Below, piece by piece: positions 17,183 through 25,465 of a stretch of DNA of 53,268 bases; within the stretch, counting starts at the first letter, position 1, and each line of letters opens with the position of its first letter. Made by a program: the position numbers and the translations under genes. This stretch comes from Candidatus Pacearchaeota archaeon. Lineage in GTDB: Archaea > Nanobdellota > Nanobdellia > Pacearchaeales > GW2011-AR1. The DNA lies in the NCBI GenBank assembly GCA_017608305.1, contig JAFCGC010000002.1, forward strand, positions 1 to 53,268, given 5' to 3'. The notes beneath the pieces were generated by a model, which saw only the letters and a program-made list of their open reading frames with translations, had not been told where the DNA came from and searched no databases.

Positions 17183-17650
17183 ATGTATCCACAAACACAT
17201 TTTTTATTTTCATGGTTAGTAGGTTTGATATTCGCAAAGTTTGGAGTATTTAGTTATAAGGTTGCTTTTTTTATTGGGGTTGCGGCTGTTTTAGTAGACA
17301 TAGATCATTATTTAGTTTATATTTTTAAGAGAAAAGATATGAGTCTTAGGCATGCTTTTAATAAAATGTCTTTAGGCTTTATGGGAGGAAGGAGTTTTCT
17401 TCATCATTTGACTGGGTTTATTTTAGTGACTGCTGTTGTTGGATTTTTATATTTTTATAATAGCGATTGGTTTTGGATAATTGGATTGGGTTATTACACA
17501 CATATGCTTTTTGATTATGCTCATTTAAATATTTTAAAGATCAAAGGAAAAATGACAATTAAAAATTTAGGTTTTGTTGAGAGGATTAATAAGTTTGAGG
17601 TTTTATTAGATATTTTTCTAGCTATTGGGATTGTTTTGTTAATTTTATGA
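17183..17650 (+). CDS. Membrane-bound metal-dependent hydrolase (YdjM-like)
   Basis: TH near N-terminus, LVDIDH, RSFLHH, HMLFD. Confidence 0.75.
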   Translation: MYPQTHFLFSWLVGLIFAKFGVFSYKVAFFIGVAAVLVDIDHYLVYIFKRKDMSLRHAFNKMSLGFMGGRSFLHHLTGFILVTAVVGFLYFYNSDWFWIIGLGYYTHMLFDYAHLNILKIKGKMTIKNLGFVERINKFEVLLDIFLAIGIVLLIL

Positions 17651-17854
17651 TAGACAAAAAACATCAAAATCTTTAAATAGAACTAACTACTATTATTTTT
17701 ATATATTAATTAATTCGCGGTTAATTAATGTTGTGTATAAAGGGGTGATACCCTCTTTTTTCTGATAATATTAGCTGGAAGTTTAAGGGGTATTTAAATT
17801 TTTCGCAACTTTTCTTTCAGTAGAGAGTTATAAGGAGGTTAGATAATAAAAAAG

Positions 17855-18934
17855 ATGGCTTTAGATTTTGCAAAAGAGGCAATTGATAATGCTAATTCCC
17901 ATAGTATTAATTTTGATGAATTAAGAGCAGGAAAAGCTAATATCAAAGTTATTGGTGTTGGAGGTTGTGGTTGTAATATGGTTACCTGGTTATTCAATAA
18001 AGGAATTAATGGTGCAACAGTGTATGCTTCTAATACTGATGCCTTACATTTAAGTGTAACAAAAGCTGATGAGAAAATCCTTATAGGTAAGGAACTTACT
18101 CGAGGGTTAGGTGCAGGTGGAAGACCTCAAACAGGTCGAGAAGCTGCAAAAGAGGCTCTTGTTGATATTAAAAAAGCTGTTGGTGGTGCTGATATGGTTT
18201 TTGTCTTAGCAGGCATGGGTGGTGGAACAGGAACAGGTGGAGCTCCTGTGATTGCTCAAATTGCTAAAGAAACCGGTGCTGTTGTTATAGGGGTTGTTAC
18301 AATGCCCTTTGAAGCAGAAAAAGCAAGAATAGACAAGGCTGAATTTGGTTTACAAGAACTCAGAGAAATGACTGATACTTGTATTGTTTTAGATAATAAT
18401 AGACTTGTTGATATTGCTGGTCAGTTACCTATTGAACAGGCTTTTGCTGTTGCCAATGAATTAGTGAGTACAATGGTTAAAGGAATTGTTGAGACAATTA
18501 CTCTTCCAAGTTTGATTAATTTGGATTATGCAGATGTTTCGGCGATTATGAAAGATGGTGGTGTGGCAGTCATAGGAATAGGAGAAGCAGATACGCAAGA
18601 TCGTGTTTTAGAAGCAGTTAAGCAAGCCCTTACTCATCCTCTACTTGACGTGGATTATCAAGGTGCTACTGGAGCTTTAATACACATTACTTGTGGACCT
18701 GACTTAAAATTAGAAGAATTTGATGTAATAGGAAGGTCTGTATCTGAGAACCTTAGTCCAAACGCCCAAGTCATTATTGGCGCAAGAATTAGCAAAGATT
18801 TTGTTGGTAAGGTACGAGTGATAACTATTATGACAGGAGTTAAATCTCCTTACATATTAGGAAGAGAAATAGAAGAGCAAGCTCTCCCTGCCTCAAAAGA
18901 AATTTCAGATCTTGGAATAGAAGTTTGGAAGTAG
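17855..18934 (+). CDS. ftsZ: Cell division protein FtsZ
   Basis: GMGGGTGTG, TRGLGAGG, INLDYAD; GGAGG upstream. Confidence 0.97.
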   Translation: MALDFAKEAIDNANSHSINFDELRAGKANIKVIGVGGCGCNMVTWLFNKGINGATVYASNTDALHLSVTKADEKILIGKELTRGLGAGGRPQTGREAAKEALVDIKKAVGGADMVFVLAGMGGGTGTGGAPVIAQIAKETGAVVIGVVTMPFEAEKARIDKAEFGLQELREMTDTCIVLDNNRLVDIAGQLPIEQAFAVANELVSTMVKGIVETITLPSLINLDYADVSAIMKDGGVAVIGIGEADTQDRVLEAVKQALTHPLLDVDYQGATGALIHITCGPDLKLEEFDVIGRSVSENLSPNAQVIIGARISKDFVGKVRVITIMTGVKSPYILGREIEEQALPASKEISDLGIEVWK

Positions 18935-18949
18935 TTTTTATTTTTTATT

Positions 18950-18982
18950 CTCCGGGGTTATTCTCCGGAGGTTTATTTTTTT
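18950..18982 (+). terminator. Hairpin plus T-tract after ftsZ
   Basis: ctccgggg...ctccggag stem followed by a T-rich run. Confidence 0.5.
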
Positions 18983-19025
18983 AAAAAGATTTTTAAATTG
19001 TTTTTGATTGGATTAATTATAAAAG

Positions 19026-19514
19026 ATGGTGTATAAATTAAAAAAAATTGGTGTGATGAAATTAGCTCTGTTTATGGGGCTTTATGGTGTTTTTGTAGGA
19101 TTAATTACAGGAATAATCTTTTCTTTATTTTCTTCAATGGTAAGTTCTGTTGCAACTGCTGAAGCTAGTTTAGGTGTTGATCTTTTAAGTTTTGGATGGT
19201 TAAATATAATTTTTATGCCTTTGTTTTATGGAATTTTTAGTTTTTTGATGGGAATAGTCTTTGGCCTTATTGCTAATGTATTATTAAAAATAATTAAAGG
19301 GATGGATTTTCATTTTCTAAAAGTAGAAGATCCTTTGCCTAAAGCTCCAAAAATTCAAAAGTTAGTTAAATTTAAACCTTTGAGAGAAATTAAAGCCCAG
19401 GATAAAAAACTTGTTAAAACTCAACCTAAAAATCCTGTTTCAAAAGCCAATAAACCTATTCAAAATCAGAAAATAGTTCCTAAAATACCTAAACTCCCAG
19501 ACAAAAGAAATTAA
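19026..19514 (+). CDS. Two-TM membrane protein (DUF3566-like) with basic tail
   Basis: LKKIGVMKLA...G pattern; K/P-rich C-terminus. Confidence 0.6.
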   Translation: MVYKLKKIGVMKLALFMGLYGVFVGLITGIIFSLFSSMVSSVATAEASLGVDLLSFGWLNIIFMPLFYGIFSFLMGIVFGLIANVLLKIIKGMDFHFLKVEDPLPKAPKIQKLVKFKPLREIKAQDKKLVKTQPKNPVSKANKPIQNQKIVPKIPKLPDKRN

Positions 19515-20065
19515 ACATCTAATTTTTTGGGTTTTTTCATATTTTTGTTTTTATATTCATCAAAGTAAAGAATATTGTCTAGATCTATCTTGTTTTTTCC
19601 CCTTTGTTTTCCGAGTTCATATCCTACTGGAAAAATTGCTTCAACATTTATTTCTTTAGGGATTTTTAAGGTTTCTTTAATTAGATAATCTACAAAATGT
19701 CCTACCCATGTTGTAGCTAACCCTTTTTCTTGAATTTTTAATAAAAAGTTTTGAATTCCTGCTCCTGCTTGTTGCCTTAAATAGATTTTTCCTCTTTCTT
19801 CATAAGCATTTACTGTCCTAGAAGGATTGCTACATACAACTACAATATAAGGGGCTTTTGCAATATATGGTTGTTGTGCTGCTTCTGCAATTTTTTGTAT
19901 TTTTTCTTTATCACTTACCAGGATAAATTTTAGTGTGTAATTTCCTCCAGACATTGGGGCATAACGAGCTGCATCTATGCATTCAATTATATCTCTCCAA
20001 TCTGGTTTTTTGTCTTTAAATTTCCTAACACTATGTCTTGCCTTGATGACTTTGTTTATGTCCAT
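19511..20065 (-). CDS. Nitroreductase-family protein
   Basis: ARHSVRKF, APMSGG, QNFLL...GLATTWVG. Confidence 0.9.
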   Translation of the reverse strand: MDINKVIKARHSVRKFKDKKPDWRDIIECIDAARYAPMSGGNYTLKFILVSDKEKIQKIAEAAQQPYIAKAPYIVVVCSNPSRTVNAYEERGKIYLRQQAGAGIQNFLLKIQEKGLATTWVGHFVDYLIKETLKIPKEINVEAIFPVGYELGKQRGKNKIDLDNILYFDEYKNKNMKKPKKLDV

Positions 20066-20145
20066 AGAAAATCCAAGAAGATGCATTATAAAAATGTTTT
20101 GAGTATTAGTAACCTTTAAAAGTAAATTTAAATTAAAATTATCAG

Positions 20146-20274
20146 GTCCCCGTGGCTCAGTTGGTTAGAGCGATCGGCTGTTAAGGTTGAGAACATTTAG
20201 TTCACAAACTTGCTATGAAATCTTTTGATTTCACAGGAACCGATAGGTCGGAGGTTCGAGTCCTCCCGGGGACG
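20146..20274 (+). tRNA. tRNA-Asn(GTT) with a 55-nt intron at 37/38 (20184-20238)
   Basis: GTCCCCG/CGGGGAC acceptor stem; ATCGG-CTGTTA^A-CCGAT; BHB-like CTGT/ACAG helix; GGAGG-TTCGAGT-CCTCC. Confidence 0.93.
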
Positions 20275-20336
20275 CTTTATTTTCTTGAAAGAGGTTAAGC
20301 ACAAATTATTATTTTGGATTTTCTAGAAACAATTAA

Positions 20337-20651
20337 TCACTCATATTCTTTCTTAACCATAAATTCTTTTTTAAATCTTTTTTCATATGCTTTTGCTAAA
20401 TCTTTAGCTTGTTCAAGCAACTCCGGTGTATCTACCATAATTTCATTTCCTGACCAAAAAGCTTGAAAATATCTTAAACGTCCAATTGGTTTTGAGGATA
20501 AAAATCCTTTTTTATTAAATCTTACATATACATCCCCACCCCAATTAGATATGTTTGATTCAGGGAAAAGTTCAAAGGCAATTTTCTCCAATTCTTCAAC
20601 CCTGGCCTTTTCTTTCTTCTCTTTTTTGTTCAATCCTTCAATTTTTACCAT
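20337..20651 (-). CDS. Hypothetical protein
   Basis: 104-aa ORF downstream of dim2. Confidence 0.55.
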   Translation of the reverse strand: MVKIEGLNKKEKKEKARVEELEKIAFELFPESNISNWGGDVYVRFNKKGFLSSKPIGRLRYFQAFWSGNEIMVDTPELLEQAKDLAKAYEKRFKKEFMVKKEYE

Positions 20652-20706
20652 TTTAATTGATTAGAAAGAAGGTTTTTAAGGATTATTGCAATAAATAATT
20701 AGATGA

Positions 20707-21210
20707 TTATTTATCCTTTAGCCCTAAATCTTCAACAGATTTAACTTGGTGTTTTTCTAAATGAGAATAGACGTTTGTTTGTTTTGAACCTTTGATAATT
20801 GAGATGATTGATTCTTGGGCATTTTTAATACATTCTGGGCTTCCTATTATTCCCACAGAATTATCTTTGATTTCAAAATGACATTGAGATAGATTTGAGA
20901 GTGTTTTTAGTGTTTTACCTTGTTTTCCAATTATTCTAGCCCTTATTCTTTCTAAATCATGTCTTTTAGTATAATCTTTTATACTGATTATTTCAAATAT
21001 AAAATCATTTTCTTTGATGAAAACCGCAGTTGAAAATGGAAATCCAAAATTAAGAGCATCAATTACTTTTTCTGCAGCATATTCTGCTTCAGGTTTACCT
21101 GAAATATTTACTTCTTTTCCTCTATTAGTTATTTTAATATTTAGTATTTTTTCAAGTCTTTTTTTATTTTTAAGAATTCTAGGAAGTTTTTCAGAGATGA
21201 TTGTTTTCAT
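20707..21210 (-). CDS. KH-domain rRNA-processing protein (Dim2/Pno1)
   Basis: A..FGF, RIRARIIGKQGKT. Confidence 0.88.
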   Translation of the reverse strand: MKTIISEKLPRILKNKKRLEKILNIKITNRGKEVNISGKPEAEYAAEKVIDALNFGFPFSTAVFIKENDFIFEIISIKDYTKRHDLERIRARIIGKQGKTLKTLSNLSQCHFEIKDNSVGIIGSPECIKNAQESIISIIKGSKQTNVYSHLEKHQVKSVEDLGLKDK

Positions 21211-21537
21211 TTAAAATCCTTCTTTTTCTGTTTTGAGGTAGTTGTTTCTTTTTAGCCAAGCTATTTGATTTGGCCTATATTTGAAGATTACATCTCCTCG
21301 AGTATTATCTAATTCCCAGGGTTCAATAATTACTACATCATTTGGCCTTAGCCAGAGTTTTCTTCTTAATCTTCCTGGAACTCTGCAATTTCTTGATTTT
21401 CCATCTAAACAATTCACCATCATTTTATTTCCCCCTAATCTTTGATCAATTATTCCTAAAACTTCTTTTCCTCTTGGAAGTCTTGCTCTTGTAATTTTTT
21501 GCTCTTCTTCTGGTTTCTTGTTTTGAAATCTTGCCAT
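21211..21537 (-). CDS. eif1a: Translation initiation factor aIF-1A
   Basis: RLGG...V.CLDGKSR.CRVPGRLRRKLW. Confidence 0.95.
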   Translation of the reverse strand: MARFQNKKPEEEQKITRARLPRGKEVLGIIDQRLGGNKMMVNCLDGKSRNCRVPGRLRRKLWLRPNDVVIIEPWELDNTRGDVIFKYRPNQIAWLKRNNYLKTEKEGF

Positions 21538-21621
21538 AATTATTTTAGAGGAAGTTTGTTTATAAAATTAATTACATAAGGACTAAAGCAAAACAAAAGG
21601 TAAAACCTTTAGCTCGCACTT

Positions 21622-21918
21622 CTACATGAGTACAAGCGCGAAAGGAATTCCTTGAATTTTTTTAATTCCTCTTTGAGTTATTATTCCTGATTTTAAGGCC
21701 GCATTTATTGATCTTTCCCCCACAATATTAAAAGTTGCATCTTCTGTGGCCATATGTTTTATGATTTCTATTACTTCTGATTCTGTTTTTTTATCTCCTT
21801 TAAAGAAATTTTCCTTGATATCTAATTGATTTTTTCCTTCTTCAAAGTATTTACCAAGCAATTCTTTATCACAAATAGTTAAAACATCTCTGTAAGATTT
21901 AATAAGATTTACTAACAT
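21622..21918 (-). CDS. DUF424-family protein
   Basis: ICDKELLGK, FFKG, NIVG, IQGIP. Confidence 0.85.
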   Translation of the reverse strand: MLVNLIKSYRDVLTICDKELLGKYFEEGKNQLDIKENFFKGDKKTESEVIEIIKHMATEDATFNIVGERSINAALKSGIITQRGIKKIQGIPFALVLM

Positions 21919-21956
21919 TTAGAATAAAGAAAGAGGGCATTTATAAAAATTTGCCC

Positions 21957-22151
21957 TTAAAAATTCTTTTTCGCTTCACCAGCTTTGATTGCTGCTTCTG
22001 CTTTGTCTTTTGACATCATTGCGCAAACTGTTGTTCCACAATCAGGACATTTTCCTTTAGCCATATATCCACCCCTAGCAGTCTGATTTATGACTGGTTC
22101 TTTTATTTTTTGTCCTTTTTTCTTACATTTAACACAATATCCTTCAACCAT
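21957..22151 (-). CDS. Small Zn-ribbon protein (DUF5679-like)
   Basis: YCVKCK...GKCPDCGT; GAGGT upstream. Confidence 0.8.
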   Translation of the reverse strand: MVEGYCVKCKKKGQKIKEPVINQTARGGYMAKGKCPDCGTTVCAMMSKDKAEAAIKAGEAKKNF

Positions 22152-22187
22152 TTTTTTACCTCGTTTATTTAATTATTGATTAATTTC

Positions 22188-22499
22188 CTAAAGGAATTTT
22201 ATTTTATAAAGATTTGGTTCTTCAGTTTCGATGATTAATCCTTCAAGATTTTTGTATTGAAATCTTGTTGTTATTATTTCTCCTGTTTTTTTATCTTTAG
22301 AAAGAAGGTCATAAAATTTATTATTTTTATAGGTCTTGATCTGTCCTAGGAGATAATATTTTATTGTAGAATCTTTCACACTTGCATTTACTTTGTTTTT
22401 ATCTTTAATTGTTTTTATTCTTTCCTTTAAGGGAGTGCAATCAGATATAACAGTTATTTCTAGAAACCTATAATTAGGAATGTCCTCTTTTTTAATCAT
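22188..22499 (-). CDS. Hypothetical protein
   Basis: 103-aa ORF with TTTAAA box upstream. Confidence 0.55.
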   Translation of the reverse strand: MIKKEDIPNYRFLEITVISDCTPLKERIKTIKDKNKVNASVKDSTIKYYLLGQIKTYKNNKFYDLLSKDKKTGEIITTRFQYKNLEGLIIETEEPNLYKIKFL

Positions 22500-22597
22500 A
22501 GTAATTTATAGTTGCTGAATTTAAAAGAATTATTGAGGTGTATTATATTTTTCACTGATTTGATAATTTATTAGAGAATTAGTGAGAAACCTTTTTT

Positions 22598-23008
22598 TTA
22601 AATTTTCGCTCTTACAGGGTGTTTTGCACCACAAGCTAAACAATGTAAAAAAGTCAATCTACCTTGTTTTTTTAATTCTGTGTCGGGTTTTTGACATTCT
22701 TTACACAAGACAAATTCTTTAACATATTGTTTTATTTTTTGATTGATTTTTTCACTTGGGACTTTGATGTTTAAAACTAGCCTATCTTTATCTTGATGGC
22801 CTGAAGCAGCAAGTTCTTTTAATATGAATTTTTGAAAATGCTCTGGATTTCTTCTAATATGGGATGCAATTTGAAAGAAATTAGTTAATATTGTTTTTTT
22901 ACCTTCATGATGTCCTTTTATTTGAGGAATTTCAAACCTACCACTAGAAGAATCAGTTTGTTTTAGGTTTTTATATGCATTATCTAAAAGTTTTTCATAG
23001 TTTTCCAT
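22598..23008 (-). CDS. eif2b: Translation initiation factor aIF-2 beta
   Basis: YEKLLD.AY, RFEIP, CKECQKPDT, CLACGA; likely start MENYEK. Confidence 0.93.
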   Translation of the reverse strand: MENYEKLLDNAYKNLKQTDSSSGRFEIPQIKGHHEGKKTILTNFFQIASHIRRNPEHFQKFILKELAASGHQDKDRLVLNIKVPSEKINQKIKQYVKEFVLCKECQKPDTELKKQGRLTFLHCLACGAKHPVRAKI

Positions 23009-23118
23009 TGTAAGACACCTAACGGTTTCTTGACAGTCAACTTCCCTTAAGATAGGGTTATGCCTGATTATATTGAACATAAGAAAGAGTTTATAAATGT
23101 TTTATGTTTTATTTATCC

Positions 23119-23655
23119 ATGAAGATAAAAGATATTATTTTAGGTATTGCAATTATAATCCTTACTATATTTGTGACTTTTTATGGAATTAATACTTTTT
23201 TCCCTAAATCTCAATATGAGGATTTTTGTGGTGAACCTAAGTCAATAGGAGTAATTGAGACATTAGAACAATGTGAAGCTGTTGGAGGAAAATGGGCTGA
23301 TTATGATATAGTTGCTAAGCCTAGTGTTGAGGGAGAGAGGGTTGTAGAAGGGTATTGTGATAGGGACTATGAATGTAGGCAAGAGTTAGAGGATGCTAAT
23401 AGAATGCGTTCTAGAAATGTGTTTTTTATTGCTTTGCCTTTAGGAATTATAATAATTATTCTTGGAGCTTTTTTATTTAAATTAGATGCTGTTGGTGCTG
23501 GTTTGATGGGGGGAGGAGTTGGAACCCTTATTTATGGCGCTGGAGCATATTGGCCTTATTCTGAAAACTGGATAAGATTTTTGATTTCTTTAATAGGATT
23601 AGTGATTCTTATTTGGTTTGTTTATTATTTTAATAAGAAGTTGAGTGGGAAGTGA
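23119..23655 (+). CDS. Membrane protein with Cys-containing external loop
   Basis: 4 TM segments, CEAVGGKW...GYCD. Confidence 0.7.
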   Translation: MKIKDIILGIAIIILTIFVTFYGINTFFPKSQYEDFCGEPKSIGVIETLEQCEAVGGKWADYDIVAKPSVEGERVVEGYCDRDYECRQELEDANRMRSRNVFFIALPLGIIIIILGAFLFKLDAVGAGLMGGGVGTLIYGAGAYWPYSENWIRFLISLIGLVILIWFVYYFNKKLSGK

Positions 23656-23757
23656 TTGTTGGTTTTTCTTGAGTAAATAATCTACCCCCACAACAATATA
23701 TTGCTTATAAAGGAAAAAATAAGAAATAAATAATTATCTGATTTTTTAGGAGAAGAG

Positions 23758-24438
23758 TTAGTAATTTATCTCAATATTAAATTTATCTGCAAGTGATAAT
23801 AATTTATGTGCCCAAGATAATGATTCACTTCCTCCCCCTATTGCAACCTTTATGGTTGCTTTTAAATTATCCAGCTTAATATCACTAGGAACTTCTACAC
23901 TAACACCTTTTTCTTCTGCATATACAAGGACTTCTAATGCAGAGGCTGTAAAGGGAGGGTTTTCTCTTATTATTTTGTAGGCTTCTTCAGCTACTCGTTG
24001 AGGATCAATTTCCACGAACTTTTTAGATTCTTTACCAAATACCTTGTGCCGCAATTTTTTAGGATCATTAAATAACTCATCAACACGTCTAAACGATTTA
24101 TCACCATAATTCGGTATGTTTCTATAAGCCCATTCAACTATTTTCTCACTTTCCACTGGAAACCCCATATCTTTTAGTGTTTTTAAAGCCATTAATCCCT
24201 CAAAATTCTCATCAAAAGAACCAAGAACTAAACTGTATAATTTCTTTTTAAATGCCGACATATCCGCGGAGGGATTTGTACATAAAGCATCTTGATAAAG
24301 TGAAACTATTCTCTTGCATCTAGAATTAGGAATGTATCCAGAATTAGAAGGTGAAGGAAGTTCCTTTAATAATTTATCCATTGCCCACATCTTTTCTCTT
24401 TCACTACGTGCATGAAAGGCCTGATGAATACTTCCCAT
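23758..24438 (-). CDS. Hypothetical helical protein
   Basis: Long ORF; TATTTAAG upstream of MGSIH start. Confidence 0.65.
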   Translation of the reverse strand: MGSIHQAFHARSEREKMWAMDKLLKELPSPSNSGYIPNSRCKRIVSLYQDALCTNPSADMSAFKKKLYSLVLGSFDENFEGLMALKTLKDMGFPVESEKIVEWAYRNIPNYGDKSFRRVDELFNDPKKLRHKVFGKESKKFVEIDPQRVAEEAYKIIRENPPFTASALEVLVYAEEKGVSVEVPSDIKLDNLKATIKVAIGGGSESLSWAHKLLSLADKFNIEINY

Positions 24439-24504
24439 AAGAAGACTATATTTTATCTGCTTAAATAAATTCTTGTTCTCCAAAACAAACAACCAGATGA
24501 TTAA

Positions 24505-25134
24505 TCATCCCAAATATCTAACTTTTCCTGGTCGAGGTTCAAATATGATTCCTTCTTCAAGAAGTTTTTTGATTTCTTGATTTATTATTGCTGGGGAAAT
24601 GTCTGTTAGATTTAAAATTATTTTATCTGTATCAATTCCTCCATTTTCTTCTGCGTTTTTTATTGTTCCTAGAATTTTATCTTTGACTGCTATTATTTGT
24701 TCTTTTCCAAGAGGATCTGTATTTTTTTCTTTTTCTTTTTCAGTTTCTAATTTTCTAACTAAAAGATATTTTGGATCTTGTTCTTTTACTATTTCAGGAG
24801 AAATATAAGTTTCATCATTCCAATGCCTTAACACTCCTATTACCACAACTGTTAAACCTTGGGTTATATATTTGAATTTTTCAACATCATCTCCAAAAAC
24901 TTTGAGTCTTATTTGACCTGAACCGTCATCTAACATAAAAAAAGAATATTTAGATTCTCCTTCACTTTCAAATTTGTCTACAATATTTCCAACAATATTT
25001 ACTCTGACTATTCTTTTGTTTCCTAATTCTAGAAAAGAAAATCTTTCGTTGTCAATTATTGGTTTTCCAATAAGAATATTCCCGATTCTTAATTTGTATG
25101 CTGTGTGTCTTTTGTATTGTTCTTGCTCAGCCAT
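24505..25134 (-). CDS. RPA32-like OB-fold protein with C-terminal winged helix
   Basis: RVNIVG, LDDGSGQI, EGIIFEPRPG. Confidence 0.85.
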   Translation of the reverse strand: MAEQEQYKRHTAYKLRIGNILIGKPIIDNERFSFLELGNKRIVRVNIVGNIVDKFESEGESKYSFFMLDDGSGQIRLKVFGDDVEKFKYITQGLTVVVIGVLRHWNDETYISPEIVKEQDPKYLLVRKLETEKEKEKNTDPLGKEQIIAVKDKILGTIKNAEENGGIDTDKIILNLTDISPAIINQEIKKLLEEGIIFEPRPGKVRYLG

Positions 25135-25227
25135 TGTAAGGAAAATTAATTGGGCTTTTTAAGTTTTTATGGGATTTAACTAAATAAGTATGGATATTTT
25201 TTTAAACTAGGAATAATTAAAAGATAT

Positions 25228-25464
25228 ATGGGTTTAATTAGAAAAATAATTAATACAGGTTCTAAAATTGCATTAACTGCTTCTTGTTTAGGGATGTTAT
25301 GCTACTTAGGAAAGGCTGAACTAGATTATATACCACATGAAGAGTTTGGTGTAGCTATCTTATGTCCTGTGATTGTAGCTTCGTCCCTTCTTGTTTATGG
25401 TTTTTCAAGGCCAGAGAAGAACCATCCTTCTTCTAATAATGAAAATTCAAACTATTCTATTTAA
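25228..25464 (+). CDS. Small two-TM hypothetical protein
   Basis: 78-aa ORF, TTTTAAA upstream. Confidence 0.5.
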   Translation: MGLIRKIINTGSKIALTASCLGMLCYLGKAELDYIPHEEFGVAILCPVIVASSLLVYGFSRPEKNHPSSNNENSNYSI

Positions 25465-25465
25465 G

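Noticed and set aside
16772-17653. ttatgatag at the ends of both taw3 and the YdjM-like gene as another gene-end duplication
   Set aside because: Only 9 AT-rich bases including the stop codon; plausible by chance.
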